A stretch of DNA of 64,000 bases from Candidatus Aenigmatarchaeota archaeon (GCA_038999725.1 JAWBWS010000001.1:129711-193710); one strand, 5' to 3'. Shown: positions 1 through 10,271, counted from the first letter of the stretch. Numbers and translations are program-made. Notes: a model not told the origin generated them from the sequence alone.

Positions 1-28
1 TAACTCCATAATTCAATTTTTCGATTCT

Positions 29-223
29 TTAAATAAATACTTCACAGAGCTCTGCCTTACCAAAAAGTTTACCTATGGTGAGTAAACATATCTCCTTTGC
101 TGTCAAACTAAAAACATTTGAATGAAACATTGATGAAAGCAAAATTACAGCTATTATTACGGTTAATATGATGGCTATGAGAATAACGATCCAATTTAAA
201 GTTAGTTCAATTGCACCTTTTAT
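29..223 (-). CDS. Putative type IV pilin (class III signal peptide), probable ATA start; not in ORF track
   Basis: Manual translation (M)KG|AIELTLNWIVILIAIILTVIIAVILLSSMF...CLLTIGKLFGKAELCEVFI*; KG followed by hydrophobic helix; ATA overlaps stop of upstream pilin (ATAA); GGTGG SD-like motif upstream. Confidence 0.7.
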   Translation of the reverse strand: MKGAIELTLNWIVILIAIILTVIIAVILLSSMFHSNVFSLTAKEICLLTIGKLFGKAELCEVFI

Positions 224-402
224 GGTTTACCACCTTTGATTACTCTTCTCAAAAATTCTTCGGTTGTATTCCATATTTTCCCAGATTTTATATTTTCAAT
301 TAATTCTTTTGAAGTAAAAATTAGGATTCCTAAAATTACTATAGCAACGAGTAGGAAAAGGATTATTATGTAAATGTAGTCTATTGTACTGATTCCTTTC
401 AT
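220..402 (-). CDS. Putative type IV pilin (class III signal peptide)
   Basis: MKG|ISTIDYIYIIILFLLVAIVILGILIF: KG cleavage site, acidic +5 residue, hydrophobic helix; downstream of TadC-like gene. Confidence 0.75.
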   Translation of the reverse strand: MKGISTIDYIYIIILFLLVAIVILGILIFTSKELIENIKSGKIWNTTEEFLRRVIKGGKP

Positions 403-521
403 TTAAAAACGACCTCTACTGGAAATTTTTGAAGGTATGTGATCACGAAAAGTACTAAAATAAAAAAGATTATCAACCCTATAATTATTGAGAGCACGAC
501 TTTTGCTATCCTTTCTTCCAT
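399..521 (-). CDS. 40-aa single-TM protein in pilus operon; not in ORF track
   Basis: MEERIAKVVLSIIIGLIIFFILVLFVITYLQKFPVEVVFK*; ATG directly follows upstream TGA and its TGA overlaps the next ATG (ATGA). Confidence 0.65.
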   Translation of the reverse strand: MEERIAKVVLSIIIGLIIFFILVLFVITYLQKFPVEVVFK

Positions 522-2552
522 TCACGACACTTCAAATATACTTATTATCATTCCAGAGAGTGAAACATAAATAATAATTGAAATTACTACAAAAAGAATC
601 GTCGATACCAACAAAATTTTAGAAGTTTTATCAAGCCAAACAACAAGATCAAAACCAGTTTCTAAACCAACTATTAAAATTCCAGAAATTATTGAAACTT
701 CTATTAGATAGATGCCAATGACCAACTGAAAAATTGCAGGCGATACCCTTGAAGCTTTCCAAATATCAAAAATTGGTAGGCCAATTGAAGGGATTCCAGA
801 AACTTCTTCCGGAAGTATTACCCTACCTAAACTTAGAGAGAGTGAGATCAAAATCCCCATTATTATTAGACCAAGGGCTGTTGCTACACCAGTTACAATT
901 GGGTTTAAGAAGAAACACATGAACTTGATTGTAGATACATTATCAGAAACTAGATCTTCTATTTTGTTTTGAAGTGAAGACAGTTTTTTCAAATATCTGG
1001 AAATGGTACTTAAAGCTTGAGAAAGATAAATAGAACCTCTTGATGATATATCAACTATTATCCTGAAAACTGATGTAAGCAAAACAGAATTATATTTCCT
1101 AAGGATTCCTGTTTTCTTGTTAAACAATGCTGAATTCAAGCTTTCTCCAAGCAATATGCTATCTTTCAACTCTTTAAACAGCTCTTCTATTTCAAAAACT
1201 TTTGATCTTGTAGAAAGGGAAATTATTGATTTTTCAAATGGCGCACCTATTTTCAAAGAATGTGAAATCTGAAGCAATACAGAATCTATCTCTGATTCTA
1301 TTCTCCTTGTTTTTTTCATTTTCTCTATTATGCTGTTTGTATAAAAAATGATAGGTAGGGTGAAAATTAGGACAAGTGCAACCAGTAAGGTTGCACTCAT
1401 AATAGCTGGTGTCTTCAAATCACTCATCAGTGAGCTACATTCTTGGGCATCCAAGTTTAATTTTTCTGGTTTCTTCTCAGGTTCAAATTTTTCGTTCATC
1501 CAATTCGAGCAAAGTTTAAAGTTCTCTGTATGAGAATATATTGGGGGAACAAAAATGATGGAAATTGTCAGCGCTAAAATCAAGAGTAGGGGAAAGATAT
1601 TTGCTTGTTTGCCAAAAAAATTGAAAGTTAAGATCGGTTTATCCAACTCTATTGGTGAAGTCACCAAAGGTCTCCCGTTTATCACAAACATTATCAATAT
1701 CAGAAGAATTGTTGGTAAGAAAATATCATATATGAAAAACACTCCTATGATGTCAAGAAGTTCTGGCAAAAATATCGTCATTAACGGGATTAAAGTAAGG
1801 CCAATAACAGGAAGCACTAACCCTAGAACCATTATAGCAGTTGTTGGGAGCTTTAATTCTCTCGCATATTTTTCCATTCTTTGGTAGCTGTCTTCTATGA
1901 CCAAATTTGTAGCTTCATCTAATAGTCTCTCGCCTTGATAAGGGTTCTTTGAGTAAGATATTAAAAGCTTAAGTGCTTCGCTGAACTCTCTTGCCTCAAC
2001 ATACCATTTTTCGGCAACTTCATTTAGACCATCTTCAAAATTGTAAATTTTCTGTGAAATGAAATCATGTAGAATCTTGCCCAAATCTTCCCTTATAGGA
2101 CCCTTTAGATTTTTGTAAGCTAAAAGCACTGCATTTTCAAGATTTGGAAGTTGAGAGAGGGAGATAACCATATAAGTTATACAATGTGCCATCTCTGAGG
2201 ATGCTTGAGCACGAACAATTTTCACTCTTAAGTATGGATAATAGTAAATCGAAAACGAGAAAAATCCAAACATGAAGAATAATGGGAAAAAATAGGAAAA
2301 GTTGATGAAAAAAGAGATTAGAAAAATTGCCAAAATGGAAAAAATGAAGAAGAGAATAGCTGCAGATATGTTGGAAGTTGGTGGTATCTTGAGTAGAGAG
2401 AATTTTATAATCCTCTCTTCTTCTTTCATTTTTCTTTCGGTCAATTTTATTCTTAAAATCTTGTAAGAAAAATCGCAAAATAACTCATACAAACTCTTCT
2501 TTCTTTCTCTTTCAATCTCTTTATAGATTTCCAACACTTCTTTTGATACCAT
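522..2552 (-). CDS. Type IV pilus/T2SS platform membrane protein (TadC/GspF-like, two-domain)
   Basis: Multi-TM protein with two cytoplasmic helical domains; directly downstream of secretion ATPase. Confidence 0.8.
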   Translation of the reverse strand: MVSKEVLEIYKEIERERKKSLYELFCDFSYKILRIKLTERKMKEEERIIKFSLLKIPPTSNISAAILFFIFSILAIFLISFFINFSYFFPLFFMFGFFSFSIYYYPYLRVKIVRAQASSEMAHCITYMVISLSQLPNLENAVLLAYKNLKGPIREDLGKILHDFISQKIYNFEDGLNEVAEKWYVEAREFSEALKLLISYSKNPYQGERLLDEATNLVIEDSYQRMEKYARELKLPTTAIMVLGLVLPVIGLTLIPLMTIFLPELLDIIGVFFIYDIFLPTILLILIMFVINGRPLVTSPIELDKPILTFNFFGKQANIFPLLLILALTISIIFVPPIYSHTENFKLCSNWMNEKFEPEKKPEKLNLDAQECSSLMSDLKTPAIMSATLLVALVLIFTLPIIFYTNSIIEKMKKTRRIESEIDSVLLQISHSLKIGAPFEKSIISLSTRSKVFEIEELFKELKDSILLGESLNSALFNKKTGILRKYNSVLLTSVFRIIVDISSRGSIYLSQALSTISRYLKKLSSLQNKIEDLVSDNVSTIKFMCFFLNPIVTGVATALGLIIMGILISLSLSLGRVILPEEVSGIPSIGLPIFDIWKASRVSPAIFQLVIGIYLIEVSIISGILIVGLETGFDLVVWLDKTSKILLVSTILFVVISIIIYVSLSGMIISIFEVS

Positions 2553-2556
2553 CCAA

Positions 2557-4794
2557 TCATCCTTTAATCTTTTCTTTAAACCAATTCAACCACTTCTCGT
2601 AAATCATCTTTGAATCTAAACCACCAACTTCTTGCCTAACTTCCTCTGAAATTATGTGAAACATCTCATTGCTTTCAACCACAAAAGCAGCTTCAAGTAC
2701 GTCGTCTCTGTTCAATTCCCTAGCAAAATCAACCATAGTTTGTTTTATCTTAGCCCTCAACAAAATATTGTCCCAAACTGCATCCCAATTACCTCTCCAT
2801 TCTCTCACACGCTTAGCGATTTCGTCCAAGACTTGACTCTCACCATTTATCAAGACATCAGTCGGCTTTAGCTTATCTTCTTTTGCCGAATACTCCATTA
2901 GTGTGACAAAACCTCCTTCATCCATTGGGTCTTGTCTCCAATGCTTTCTCACTTCTGTAAGCTCTGTTACACGCCTAAACCTTCTCAAACCATCTGGAGT
3001 CTTGAGCAAATTACAAATTGTTATCAAGTCTAAAGCCTTGAAACTTGTTGGTGGTACTTTCAAATCATTCACAACCCTATCAAAAACACCGTAAGCCGAT
3101 TCACCGTGAATTGTGCCTGCAACCAAATTGGCTAGGGCGCCGATTCTCATTGCCTCAAATAAAGCTTGTGCTTCTATTGACCTTACTTCTCCTATAATCA
3201 AAACAGAATCACCAAGTCTCAAAGCAGTTCTTAAAGCCTCTTCTGCTGGGAGTTCAGCTTCAACTCTTGTTATAACTGAACGAGATTTTAGCCTTTCTAT
3301 ATTGTAGCCTAAATTCATCAACTGCACTGCAGGAAGCTCTAAAGTATCTTCCACAAGGCAAAGGCGGAACTTTTTCATAACCTCGACCATTATTGCCCCT
3401 AACAAGCTTGTTTTACCAGAACCTCGACCACCAGCAACAAGCAAACTTCTTCCTCCGTCAATTATAAAACTCATAAGACCAGCATACAAAGGATCGAAAA
3501 ACCCGACTTTGATGAAAAGTGGAAAAGTCCATGGTTTTTCCCTATGTCTTCTGAAAGCATAGCCTAACCCATAAGGAGATAAAGTTCTTGTTATCGCCGC
3601 AACTCTTGCCCTTCCTCCAGGTATCAAAAGTTCTGTGTCCAAAACAGGATTAGCTTCATCTAAAGGTCTTCCTGAGTAAAGTCTGAACCTTGTAGCCCAA
3701 GACTCCGCATCTTCTTTGGTTGGTATGAGGTTTGTCTCACATTCTTCAAACTCAGTATGATTTATGAAGACTGGAGTTGAGCCTATGGGTGAATTTATGT
3801 AAATATCTTGGATTTTTTCATCAGCAAGCAAAACTTCTAAAATACCAAAACCTGCTGTATATCTTGTTAAAATTTCTGCCAACTCTTCGAGCTCTTGAGA
3901 AGAAAGCTCAATCCCCCTACTTCTGGCTATATCCCTTATTAAATCTCTTCCTATGCTCATGAAGACTTCCCTTGCTTTTTCTGGTTCGGTGAATTCTCTT
4001 TCCGAAGGTTTATGCTCAGCAAGGTATCTTCTGGCTAGGTCTAAAATCATATATTTCTCTTCACTCAATGTGAACTCGGGTGGAACTATGTGGTAAACAT
4101 ATCTAACTTTCCCTGGAACTTTGAAAATTTCGACAGAAGTACTACCAACAAAATATTTTTGAATTGAAACCCCACCTTTTGGAGGTATGAGCATGTAACG
4201 TGTGAACATGAAATTTGGTCTTATTAGGGGGAAGAAAATCTTCCTATAGAAGCTTCTGTCTCCTGGTTTGAATTGTAAATTGCTTTGCTTAGCAATTTGA
4301 ATTAAACTGCACTTTGATAAAATTTCTTCCATTGGTAATAGAACATTGTTTAAATATTCTGTGTGACAAGCCTTCATGTTTGATGCAGCTTTTTCTATCA
4401 TCTCCTTTTCCCTAGCAATCATTTTCTGGAGCATGAAGTAAGCCCCTATCGGATCTTTCCTCAAGACCTGTGTTACTAAAAATTGAAGTTCAGAAAGTCT
4501 TTTTGGAAAGAGTTTCTCACATTGTTGAGGACCAAATTTGGCTATTGAGATAAGCTTATCTTCATTCAAGATCTTGTTATAAGCGACTGCTATTTCTTTG
4601 AGAAGTTTAACTTGCTCATAGTCATACTCCCTTTCCCTCGTCTCAACCAAGACAACTCTTTCAGCAGCTTTGGCTTCGAGCAAGATATCAATAACAACAG
4701 CCATACAGGCTTCAGAATCTTCTATGCTTGGCTCTATTGCCCAATTCATTGCATTAATTCTAACCGTATTCTCAACAACTTCATATTCAACCAT
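2557..4794 (-). CDS. Type II/IV secretion system ATPase (VirB11/TadA-like) with long N-terminal region
   Basis: Walker A GGRGSGKT, VEDTLEL Asp box, Walker B IIGEVR, His box TIHG. Confidence 0.93.
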   Translation of the reverse strand: MVEYEVVENTVRINAMNWAIEPSIEDSEACMAVVIDILLEAKAAERVVLVETREREYDYEQVKLLKEIAVAYNKILNEDKLISIAKFGPQQCEKLFPKRLSELQFLVTQVLRKDPIGAYFMLQKMIAREKEMIEKAASNMKACHTEYLNNVLLPMEEILSKCSLIQIAKQSNLQFKPGDRSFYRKIFFPLIRPNFMFTRYMLIPPKGGVSIQKYFVGSTSVEIFKVPGKVRYVYHIVPPEFTLSEEKYMILDLARRYLAEHKPSEREFTEPEKAREVFMSIGRDLIRDIARSRGIELSSQELEELAEILTRYTAGFGILEVLLADEKIQDIYINSPIGSTPVFINHTEFEECETNLIPTKEDAESWATRFRLYSGRPLDEANPVLDTELLIPGGRARVAAITRTLSPYGLGYAFRRHREKPWTFPLFIKVGFFDPLYAGLMSFIIDGGRSLLVAGGRGSGKTSLLGAIMVEVMKKFRLCLVEDTLELPAVQLMNLGYNIERLKSRSVITRVEAELPAEEALRTALRLGDSVLIIGEVRSIEAQALFEAMRIGALANLVAGTIHGESAYGVFDRVVNDLKVPPTSFKALDLITICNLLKTPDGLRRFRRVTELTEVRKHWRQDPMDEGGFVTLMEYSAKEDKLKPTDVLINGESQVLDEIAKRVREWRGNWDAVWDNILLRAKIKQTMVDFARELNRDDVLEAAFVVESNEMFHIISEEVRQEVGGLDSKMIYEKWLNWFKEKIKG

Positions 4795-4839
4795 ACAATT
4801 AATTTATCTATTCCACAAAACAAATGTTTATTGATAAGT

Positions 4840-5223
4840 ATGGTTACAAAAGAAGCTGAAATTGAGAGTTTTACAAGTGAAATTGTTAGAAGAATGAATG
4901 AGTATAGCAATAGAATAAAGAATGTCGAGTTGAGAGTAGAAAGAATGGAGAGTAGAATAACAAGTATAGAGGAGACGGTTCTCGCCCAGCTCAATAATTT
5001 GAAGCTGAGCTTAGAAAAACTATCACAAAAATTTTCCTCTATTTCAGAAAAATTGGGGAATATTGAAAGTGAAATCTTAAGGATAAATAAAGAGCTGAGC
5101 AAAACTGCACTGAAAAGTGACATTAAGAAAATAGAAGCTTTCATAGATGTTGTTAACCCCATAACCTCAAAGTTTGTTACAAAGGAGGAGTTAGAAAGAG
5201 CTTTGAAAGAAATGGAAAAGTGA
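4840..5223 (+). CDS. Coiled-coil hypothetical protein
   Basis: Heptad-rich; start reassigned to ATG 4840 (MVTKEAE) to avoid overlap with ATPase. Confidence 0.75.
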   Translation: MVTKEAEIESFTSEIVRRMNEYSNRIKNVELRVERMESRITSIEETVLAQLNNLKLSLEKLSQKFSSISEKLGNIESEILRINKELSKTALKSDIKKIEAFIDVVNPITSKFVTKEELERALKEMEK

Positions 5224-5268
5224 GATAAATTTGTATTTAAAAACAGAAATTAATAATAAGGGGAAAAT

Positions 5269-5922
5269 ATGCCTTTACCTTTTTTACAAAAACCTGAAGT
5301 TGTGAAAAAAGGTGTGCCTATAGAGAGAATAAGGGAGCTTTCCTCAAGGGGTTTTTCAGAAGTTGAGATAATTGACATTTTAAGAAAAGAGGGCTATTCC
5401 CCCGAAGAAATAGATGCTGGTTTAACAGAAGCTTTGAAAGCGGGGGTTAGTGGCATATCCCCTCCAAAAGAAGGTCCTGTGAGCTTACCAAAGCTAGAGG
5501 AACTGCAACCAAAACAAACTCCAATAGAGGTTCCTGAGACTTCTTTGCCTCAAGACTACTTTTATTACACTTCCCCTGCTTATGCTTCACAACAAGCATA
5601 TCCTACAGAGGAATATATAGAATATATTGTAAAAGAAAGAGTTGCCGAGCTTGATGATAAATTGAAAGAATTCACAATAAAATATTCTGAATTGGAAAAA
5701 AGATTTGCCGAACTTCATGAACAATTAAATGAGCTTACAAAAACCAAAACAACCACTGAGCAACTCATTCTCACCAGGTTGGATGAATTCAAATCTATTC
5801 TTGGTGATTTGGAAACAAGGATAGCTGGCTTAGAAAAAGCTTTCAAGGATGCTTTGCCTGCATTGATAGAGAGTGTGAGAGCTTTAAGCGATGTTGTACA
5901 AAGGATGAAGAAACTTGTTTAA
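5269..5922 (+). CDS. Hypothetical protein: N-terminal helical domain, Pro-rich linker, C-terminal coiled coil
   Basis: ORF with host-like codon usage and clear heptads. Confidence 0.75.
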   Translation: MPLPFLQKPEVVKKGVPIERIRELSSRGFSEVEIIDILRKEGYSPEEIDAGLTEALKAGVSGISPPKEGPVSLPKLEELQPKQTPIEVPETSLPQDYFYYTSPAYASQQAYPTEEYIEYIVKERVAELDDKLKEFTIKYSELEKRFAELHEQLNELTKTKTTTEQLILTRLDEFKSILGDLETRIAGLEKAFKDALPALIESVRALSDVVQRMKKLV

Positions 5923-5951
5923 ACTTAAATTTTTAGAAATTAAATAAAAAA

Positions 5952-6557
5952 TTGGAGAGAATGAATAGAATTTTCAATTTTTTGATCACCACTCTTTTCT
6001 TCTTGATAGTATTTTCTTTTCCAGTTCTGGCACAAAACCCATTTCTTGACATGGTCAAAAGCTTCAGAATTAGTGGCGTCTTTGATATTTTCATATTCAT
6101 CCTCTTCTTTGTCGCTTTCTATGCAATTTTGACAAAATCAAAAGTCCTTGGAAGCAACCCTGGAATAAATGGTATTGTTGCTCTGATTGCAGCCTTTTTC
6201 ATTTCTCTTTATTCTACATTTACCGGCTTTAGTCTAATTGAGCCTCTCTCAAGATTTTTCACTCAAGCAAGTGTGATAGGAATTATGTTTATCATGGCCC
6301 TTGTTATAGCAAGTGTTTTTTATCCAGATTTGCCAAAAATGCTTGGAGAATATATAAAGGGGCCAGTAATTCTTTATGTGTTGATTCCGTTGGCTCTAGC
6401 ACTACTTATAACCTCTAGAACAATTTGGGTCCTTTGGGCCGGCTACAAAGTCACACCTGGAGCAGGATTAAGTGGTGATGTACCGATATTAATAATTGGT
6501 TTATTAATCTTTGGCGTCCTATTGATTATAGCAGGAATAATAGGAGGTAAGAAATAA
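5952..6557 (+). CDS. Multi-pass membrane protein (paralog of next gene)
   Basis: About 6 TM segments; FFVAFYAILTKSKVLG...INGIVALIAAFF motif. Confidence 0.75.
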   Translation: MERMNRIFNFLITTLFFLIVFSFPVLAQNPFLDMVKSFRISGVFDIFIFILFFVAFYAILTKSKVLGSNPGINGIVALIAAFFISLYSTFTGFSLIEPLSRFFTQASVIGIMFIMALVIASVFYPDLPKMLGEYIKGPVILYVLIPLALALLITSRTIWVLWAGYKVTPGAGLSGDVPILIIGLLIFGVLLIIAGIIGGKK

Positions 6558-7114
6558 TGGAAAGCCCATTTGAGCTCATGATTTTGAGGTTGCAACAACT
6601 TGGTTTCTTCACATTTATACTCCCCTTCATTTTTATGTCAGCTGTCCTATATGGCTTATTAAGAAAATCTCAAATTTTTGGACCAGCAGAAAAAAATGTT
6701 GTAATAAATGCTGTTATAGCAATGACTGCAAGTTTCATGGTCTTGGCAGCTCCAGTAATAGCTGGAATAAACATTGAACAACAACTTGCCAAATTCTTCA
6801 TTCAGAGCATGATAGTTGTTCTCGTGCTAGTTGTTGCTGTCCTTGCCGTTGGGATGTTTTTTGGACCAGATTTACCTAGCAAGATTCAAGAAAAACTTGG
6901 TAGCAAATATCTTGGTGGGTTGCTGATTGCTTCTATTCTCATTGGTTTAACCTTATTTGTCACAAGCGGTCTGATGAATGTGTTCTTTCCAGAAGGATTT
7001 GAGGGAATTGGAATCTCTGAAGATGTTGTGATTTCGATAGCGACAATAGTTTTTCTTATAGTAATAGTTGTGTTGATAGTAGTTTTCGTTAGTCGAGAGG
7101 AGAAGAAGAAATAA
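6557..7114 (+). CDS. Multi-pass membrane protein (paralog of previous gene)
   Basis: SAVLYGLLRKSQIFG...INAVIAMTASF motif; TAATG overlap with previous gene. Confidence 0.75.
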   Translation: MESPFELMILRLQQLGFFTFILPFIFMSAVLYGLLRKSQIFGPAEKNVVINAVIAMTASFMVLAAPVIAGINIEQQLAKFFIQSMIVVLVLVVAVLAVGMFFGPDLPSKIQEKLGSKYLGGLLIASILIGLTLFVTSGLMNVFFPEGFEGIGISEDVVISIATIVFLIVIVVLIVVFVSREEKKK

Positions 7115-7862
7115 TTTCAAGAAATTCTTTTTCTGTGAAGTGTAGTATTCCAGGAATTATTAAGACTGCTGGTAGTTCTATTTCCATTTCCATTAAATCT
7201 CTAAGCTGTTTGAAAAAAATTTTTGCTTCTTCACTCCCTGCTTTAGAAAAAGTGATAACTTTTTCATCCAAACTTATAATACCATCTCTTTTCATTTCTT
7301 CAAGCTTTAAGAGAATGTTGCAAGCCTCTTTAATACTCATGAATCTTTTCTCTTCGGTGTCTATATCTAGAAGACATAAGGTATGAAGCCCTCTATCTCT
7401 ATTCATCTTTATAGTCTCATAAATCGACTCTGGGAGCTTGCCTTTTGTCTTCTCTGGTAGAGGAATTGTGACAGAAGCTCCAAACTTGTAAAGGTGAAGA
7501 CCTGTTTCAGCTATCGCTGAAGCAATAGAAGAATTGTGTATGACCTTGGTCTTAATCCCTCTTTTCTTTGCATCCAGAAGTAAAGCTGAGTGTGTTGTAG
7601 CAACTAAAGGATCGCCACCAACAAAAATAACCACATTTCCTGTTTCAGCTTCTTTCAAAATTTCTGCAGAATTTTCTTCTAGATCTTTTCTCCTTAAAAC
7701 TCTTATCTCTCTGCCTATAATTTCTTCCAATTTTTTAAAATCACCAAACCAAAGGGTTGTGTACAGCTCGATATAAACTTTGTCTGCCTTTTTAGCCTCT
7801 TCTATTCCTCTTAAAGTTAAGTCCTTTTCATCAAACAAACCTAAGCCTATAAGCACAAGCAT
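7089..7862 (-). CDS. dph5: Diphthine synthase
   Basis: LIGLGL..DLTLRG, GDPLVATTH, GLHLYKFG, GLHTLCLLD motifs. Confidence 0.95.
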   Translation of the reverse strand: MLVLIGLGLFDEKDLTLRGIEEAKKADKVYIELYTTLWFGDFKKLEEIIGREIRVLRRKDLEENSAEILKEAETGNVVIFVGGDPLVATTHSALLLDAKKRGIKTKVIHNSSIASAIAETGLHLYKFGASVTIPLPEKTKGKLPESIYETIKMNRDRGLHTLCLLDIDTEEKRFMSIKEACNILLKLEEMKRDGIISLDEKVITFSKAGSEEAKIFFKQLRDLMEMEIELPAVLIIPGILHFTEKEFLEIISSSPLD

Positions 7863-7889
7863 AATTCAATAATAGACTGAAAGATATTT

Positions 7890-8528
7890 ATGAAGATTTT
7901 ATATTCAGGAAAGACTGTTCAAGGTAAAGATCATGAAGAAAATGAAGATAGCCTGCTCATGGAGCAAAATTTAAAGCTTTTTGCTGTCGCTGATGGTGTA
8001 AGCATACCTAAGGGTGGGAAAGAGGCAAGTCAAAAGATATTGAAATACTTAAAAGAGTTTTTTAAAGGAAATTTGAAAAAAGCAATAGAAAAAGCAAATG
8101 AGGTATTTGTAGAAGAAAAATCCAAAAAATTTTTTGAAGGTTATTCCACAATAGCAGCAGTTCATCTTAAAGAAAATTCTATGGAAGCTTGCAATGTTGG
8201 TGATAGTCCAATTTTCTTGATTAGGAAAAACAAAATTGAAAACCTTGCCTTTCTTGATAGGCTTTTCGGTACAAGCAGTTTAACCCAAGCAATAGGTGAA
8301 AATTTTATTAAAGTTCATTCTGTTGAAAAAGAAATTGAAGTTGGAGATATTGTGATGCTAGCAACTGATGGTATAACTGATGTTTTAAGCGAAGAAGAAA
8401 TTGTTGAAGTTTTAAAAAAGCAAAGTGAATTAGAGAAGATTGTTGATGAAATCATACAAAAAGCTGAAAAAAAGCCAAGCTTTTATCAAGATGACAAGAC
8501 TTTGATTTTAATTAAGGTGATAGAGTGA
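7890..8528 (+). CDS. PP2C/PPM-family Ser/Thr protein phosphatase
   Basis: NEDS, VADG, NVGDS, LTQAIG, LATDG, DDKT motifs. Confidence 0.9.
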   Translation: MKILYSGKTVQGKDHEENEDSLLMEQNLKLFAVADGVSIPKGGKEASQKILKYLKEFFKGNLKKAIEKANEVFVEEKSKKFFEGYSTIAAVHLKENSMEACNVGDSPIFLIRKNKIENLAFLDRLFGTSSLTQAIGENFIKVHSVEKEIEVGDIVMLATDGITDVLSEEEIVEVLKKQSELEKIVDEIIQKAEKKPSFYQDDKTLILIKVIE

Positions 8529-9292
8529 GTTTTGACATCATTGGCAATAGGGAGAAGGCGATAGCAATTGTTGAAATTAAAGAAGGAGAAGATGAGAAGA
8601 AAATAGCTGAAGAAATAATGAAGAAGCATAAAAATGTTAAATGTGTATTGAAGAAAATCTCTGGAAGGAAAGGCGAGCTAAGGCTCAGAGAATATAAGCT
8701 CATAGCAGGTGAGGAAAATACAGAAGTTGTTCACAAAGAATATGGTTATATTTTAAAACTTGATTTGCAAAAAGTGTATTTTTCTCCTAGAGAAGCTGGA
8801 GAAAGGCAAAGAATAGCCAAGCTAGTTAAACCTGGAGAAAAGGTTTTGGTGATGTTTTCTGGCATAGCACCAATAGCCATAGCTATAGCAAAAAAACAGT
8901 CAGAAGTTGATAAGATCTATTGTATAGAAAAAAATGAAGAAGCACATAAATATGCTGAAGAAAATGTGAGAAAGAATAAACTTTCTCATAAGATTTTTTT
9001 GATTTGTGGGGATGTAGAAGAAGAGGCCAAAAAATTGGGAATTGAGTTTGATAGGGTTATCATGCCTTTACCATTTGGTGCTAAGAACTTCCTTGAAATT
9101 GCTTTCGGTTGCTTGAAAGAAAATGGAATAATCCATTTCTATTCTGTTGGAGAAAATTGCTTGGAAATTTTAAATGAAATAAAAGCCAAAGCTGAAAGAA
9201 ATGGAAAGAAAATAGAAGTTTTAAATATAAAAAAAGTTTCAGCCTATGCACCAAGGAAGTGGAAATTTTGCGTAGACTTTCAAGTGAGTTAA
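8525..9292 (+). CDS. Trm5/Taw2 (Met-10+-like) tRNA modification SAM-dependent transferase
   Basis: FDIIG, VHKEYG, KVYFSPR..ER, MFSGIAP, DRVIMPLP; adjacent to a tRNA gene. Confidence 0.88.
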   Translation: MSFDIIGNREKAIAIVEIKEGEDEKKIAEEIMKKHKNVKCVLKKISGRKGELRLREYKLIAGEENTEVVHKEYGYILKLDLQKVYFSPREAGERQRIAKLVKPGEKVLVMFSGIAPIAIAIAKKQSEVDKIYCIEKNEEAHKYAEENVRKNKLSHKIFLICGDVEEEAKKLGIEFDRVIMPLPFGAKNFLEIAFGCLKENGIIHFYSVGENCLEILNEIKAKAERNGKKIEVLNIKKVSAYAPRKWKFCVDFQVS

Positions 9293-9352
9293 TGGTTAAA
9301 AAAGCGAAAACATCTGAAAAAAGATAGATTTAAAAAAACAATTTTTTATCAA

Positions 9353-9438
9353 GCGGGGGTCGCGTAGCCTGGTCAATCGCGCGAGGTTCAGAACCTCGTG
9401 GCTTAGTGCCTTCGTGGGTTCGAATCCCACCTCCCGCA
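9353..9438 (+). tRNA. tRNA-Leu (CAG), long variable arm, no intron, CCA not encoded
   Basis: Acceptor GCGGGGG/CTCCCGC, anticodon arm CGAGG-TTCAGAA-CCTCG, T-arm GTGGG-TTCGAAT-CCCAC. Confidence 0.95.
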
Positions 9439-9533
9439 TGATTTAAATGTTAATTAATTTTAATCAAAACCTGCAATCCGAAACTATTTGCGAATAAATA
9501 TTAATCTTCAATAGCTAAGTTTAATTAGAGGTT

Positions 9534-10271
9534 ATGGCAACTATCATCAAAACTAGTAAGAAGATAAAAAAAGTTTATAGGGATAAGGGAATAAATGAAA
9601 AAATGTTAGAAAGTGTTGAGAAAGCATTATACTCTATTGATGGTGAAAACTACAGAAGTAAAATTTTGAAAATTACAGATGTGTTGAAAAGACGATTTGA
9701 AAAAAATGTAATTGATGAAGAAAAGTTGTATGTTGAATTTTTAAAGATATCTTATGGGGAAAATTGGCAAGCAGTATCAAAAGGATTAAGGCAGTATGGT
9801 AAGGGATTCTCACTCATCAATAAGGATGATCTCCCGATATTTCTAAATGTACTTTCAGATGAAATAGGTTATTGGGGAATAGAAATTGCTTCTCTTCTGA
9901 CCTATGGTCCCCTTGATATATTAGAAATTGCTAAAACATTTAATGTAAAAGTAGATAAAGTACGAAGAATTCTGCACAAATTAGTTTCTATTGGTGTAGT
10001 AGCGTATAAGAGTAAAGGAATACATGAAATTTATTCGCTTAATGAGTTGAACTTCAAACATTTGATTGAAAAACAAAAGAAGAAAATTGTGGAGAGAATA
10101 AATAATTTTATCGAAGAAGAAGAAAATTTAAATGTTGTTTGTAATTGTGGTTTTAGAACAACATTTGAAGAAGCCATTGATATGGGGTTCCGTTGCCTAA
10201 ACTGTAAACGTATAATGGATTTAAAGAAAAATCATCAAATTCTTGATACTGATGTAGTTTTAGCTATGTAG
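9534..10271 (+). CDS. Transcription factor E (TFE/TFIIE-alpha)-like protein with N-terminal extension
   Basis: wHTH EIAKTFNVKVDKVRRILHKL followed by Zn ribbon CNCGFRTTFEEAIDMGFRCLNC. Confidence 0.7.
   Translation: MATIIKTSKKIKKVYRDKGINEKMLESVEKALYSIDGENYRSKILKITDVLKRRFEKNVIDEEKLYVEFLKISYGENWQAVSKGLRQYGKGFSLINKDDLPIFLNVLSDEIGYWGIEIASLLTYGPLDILEIAKTFNVKVDKVRRILHKLVSIGVVAYKSKGIHEIYSLNELNFKHLIEKQKKKIVERINNFIEEEENLNVVCNCGFRTTFEEAIDMGFRCLNCKRIMDLKKNHQILDTDVVLAM

Noticed and set aside
4612..4839. N-terminal extension of the 203-aa ORF
   Set aside because: Overlaps the ATPase on the opposite strand; ATG 4840 is the plausible start
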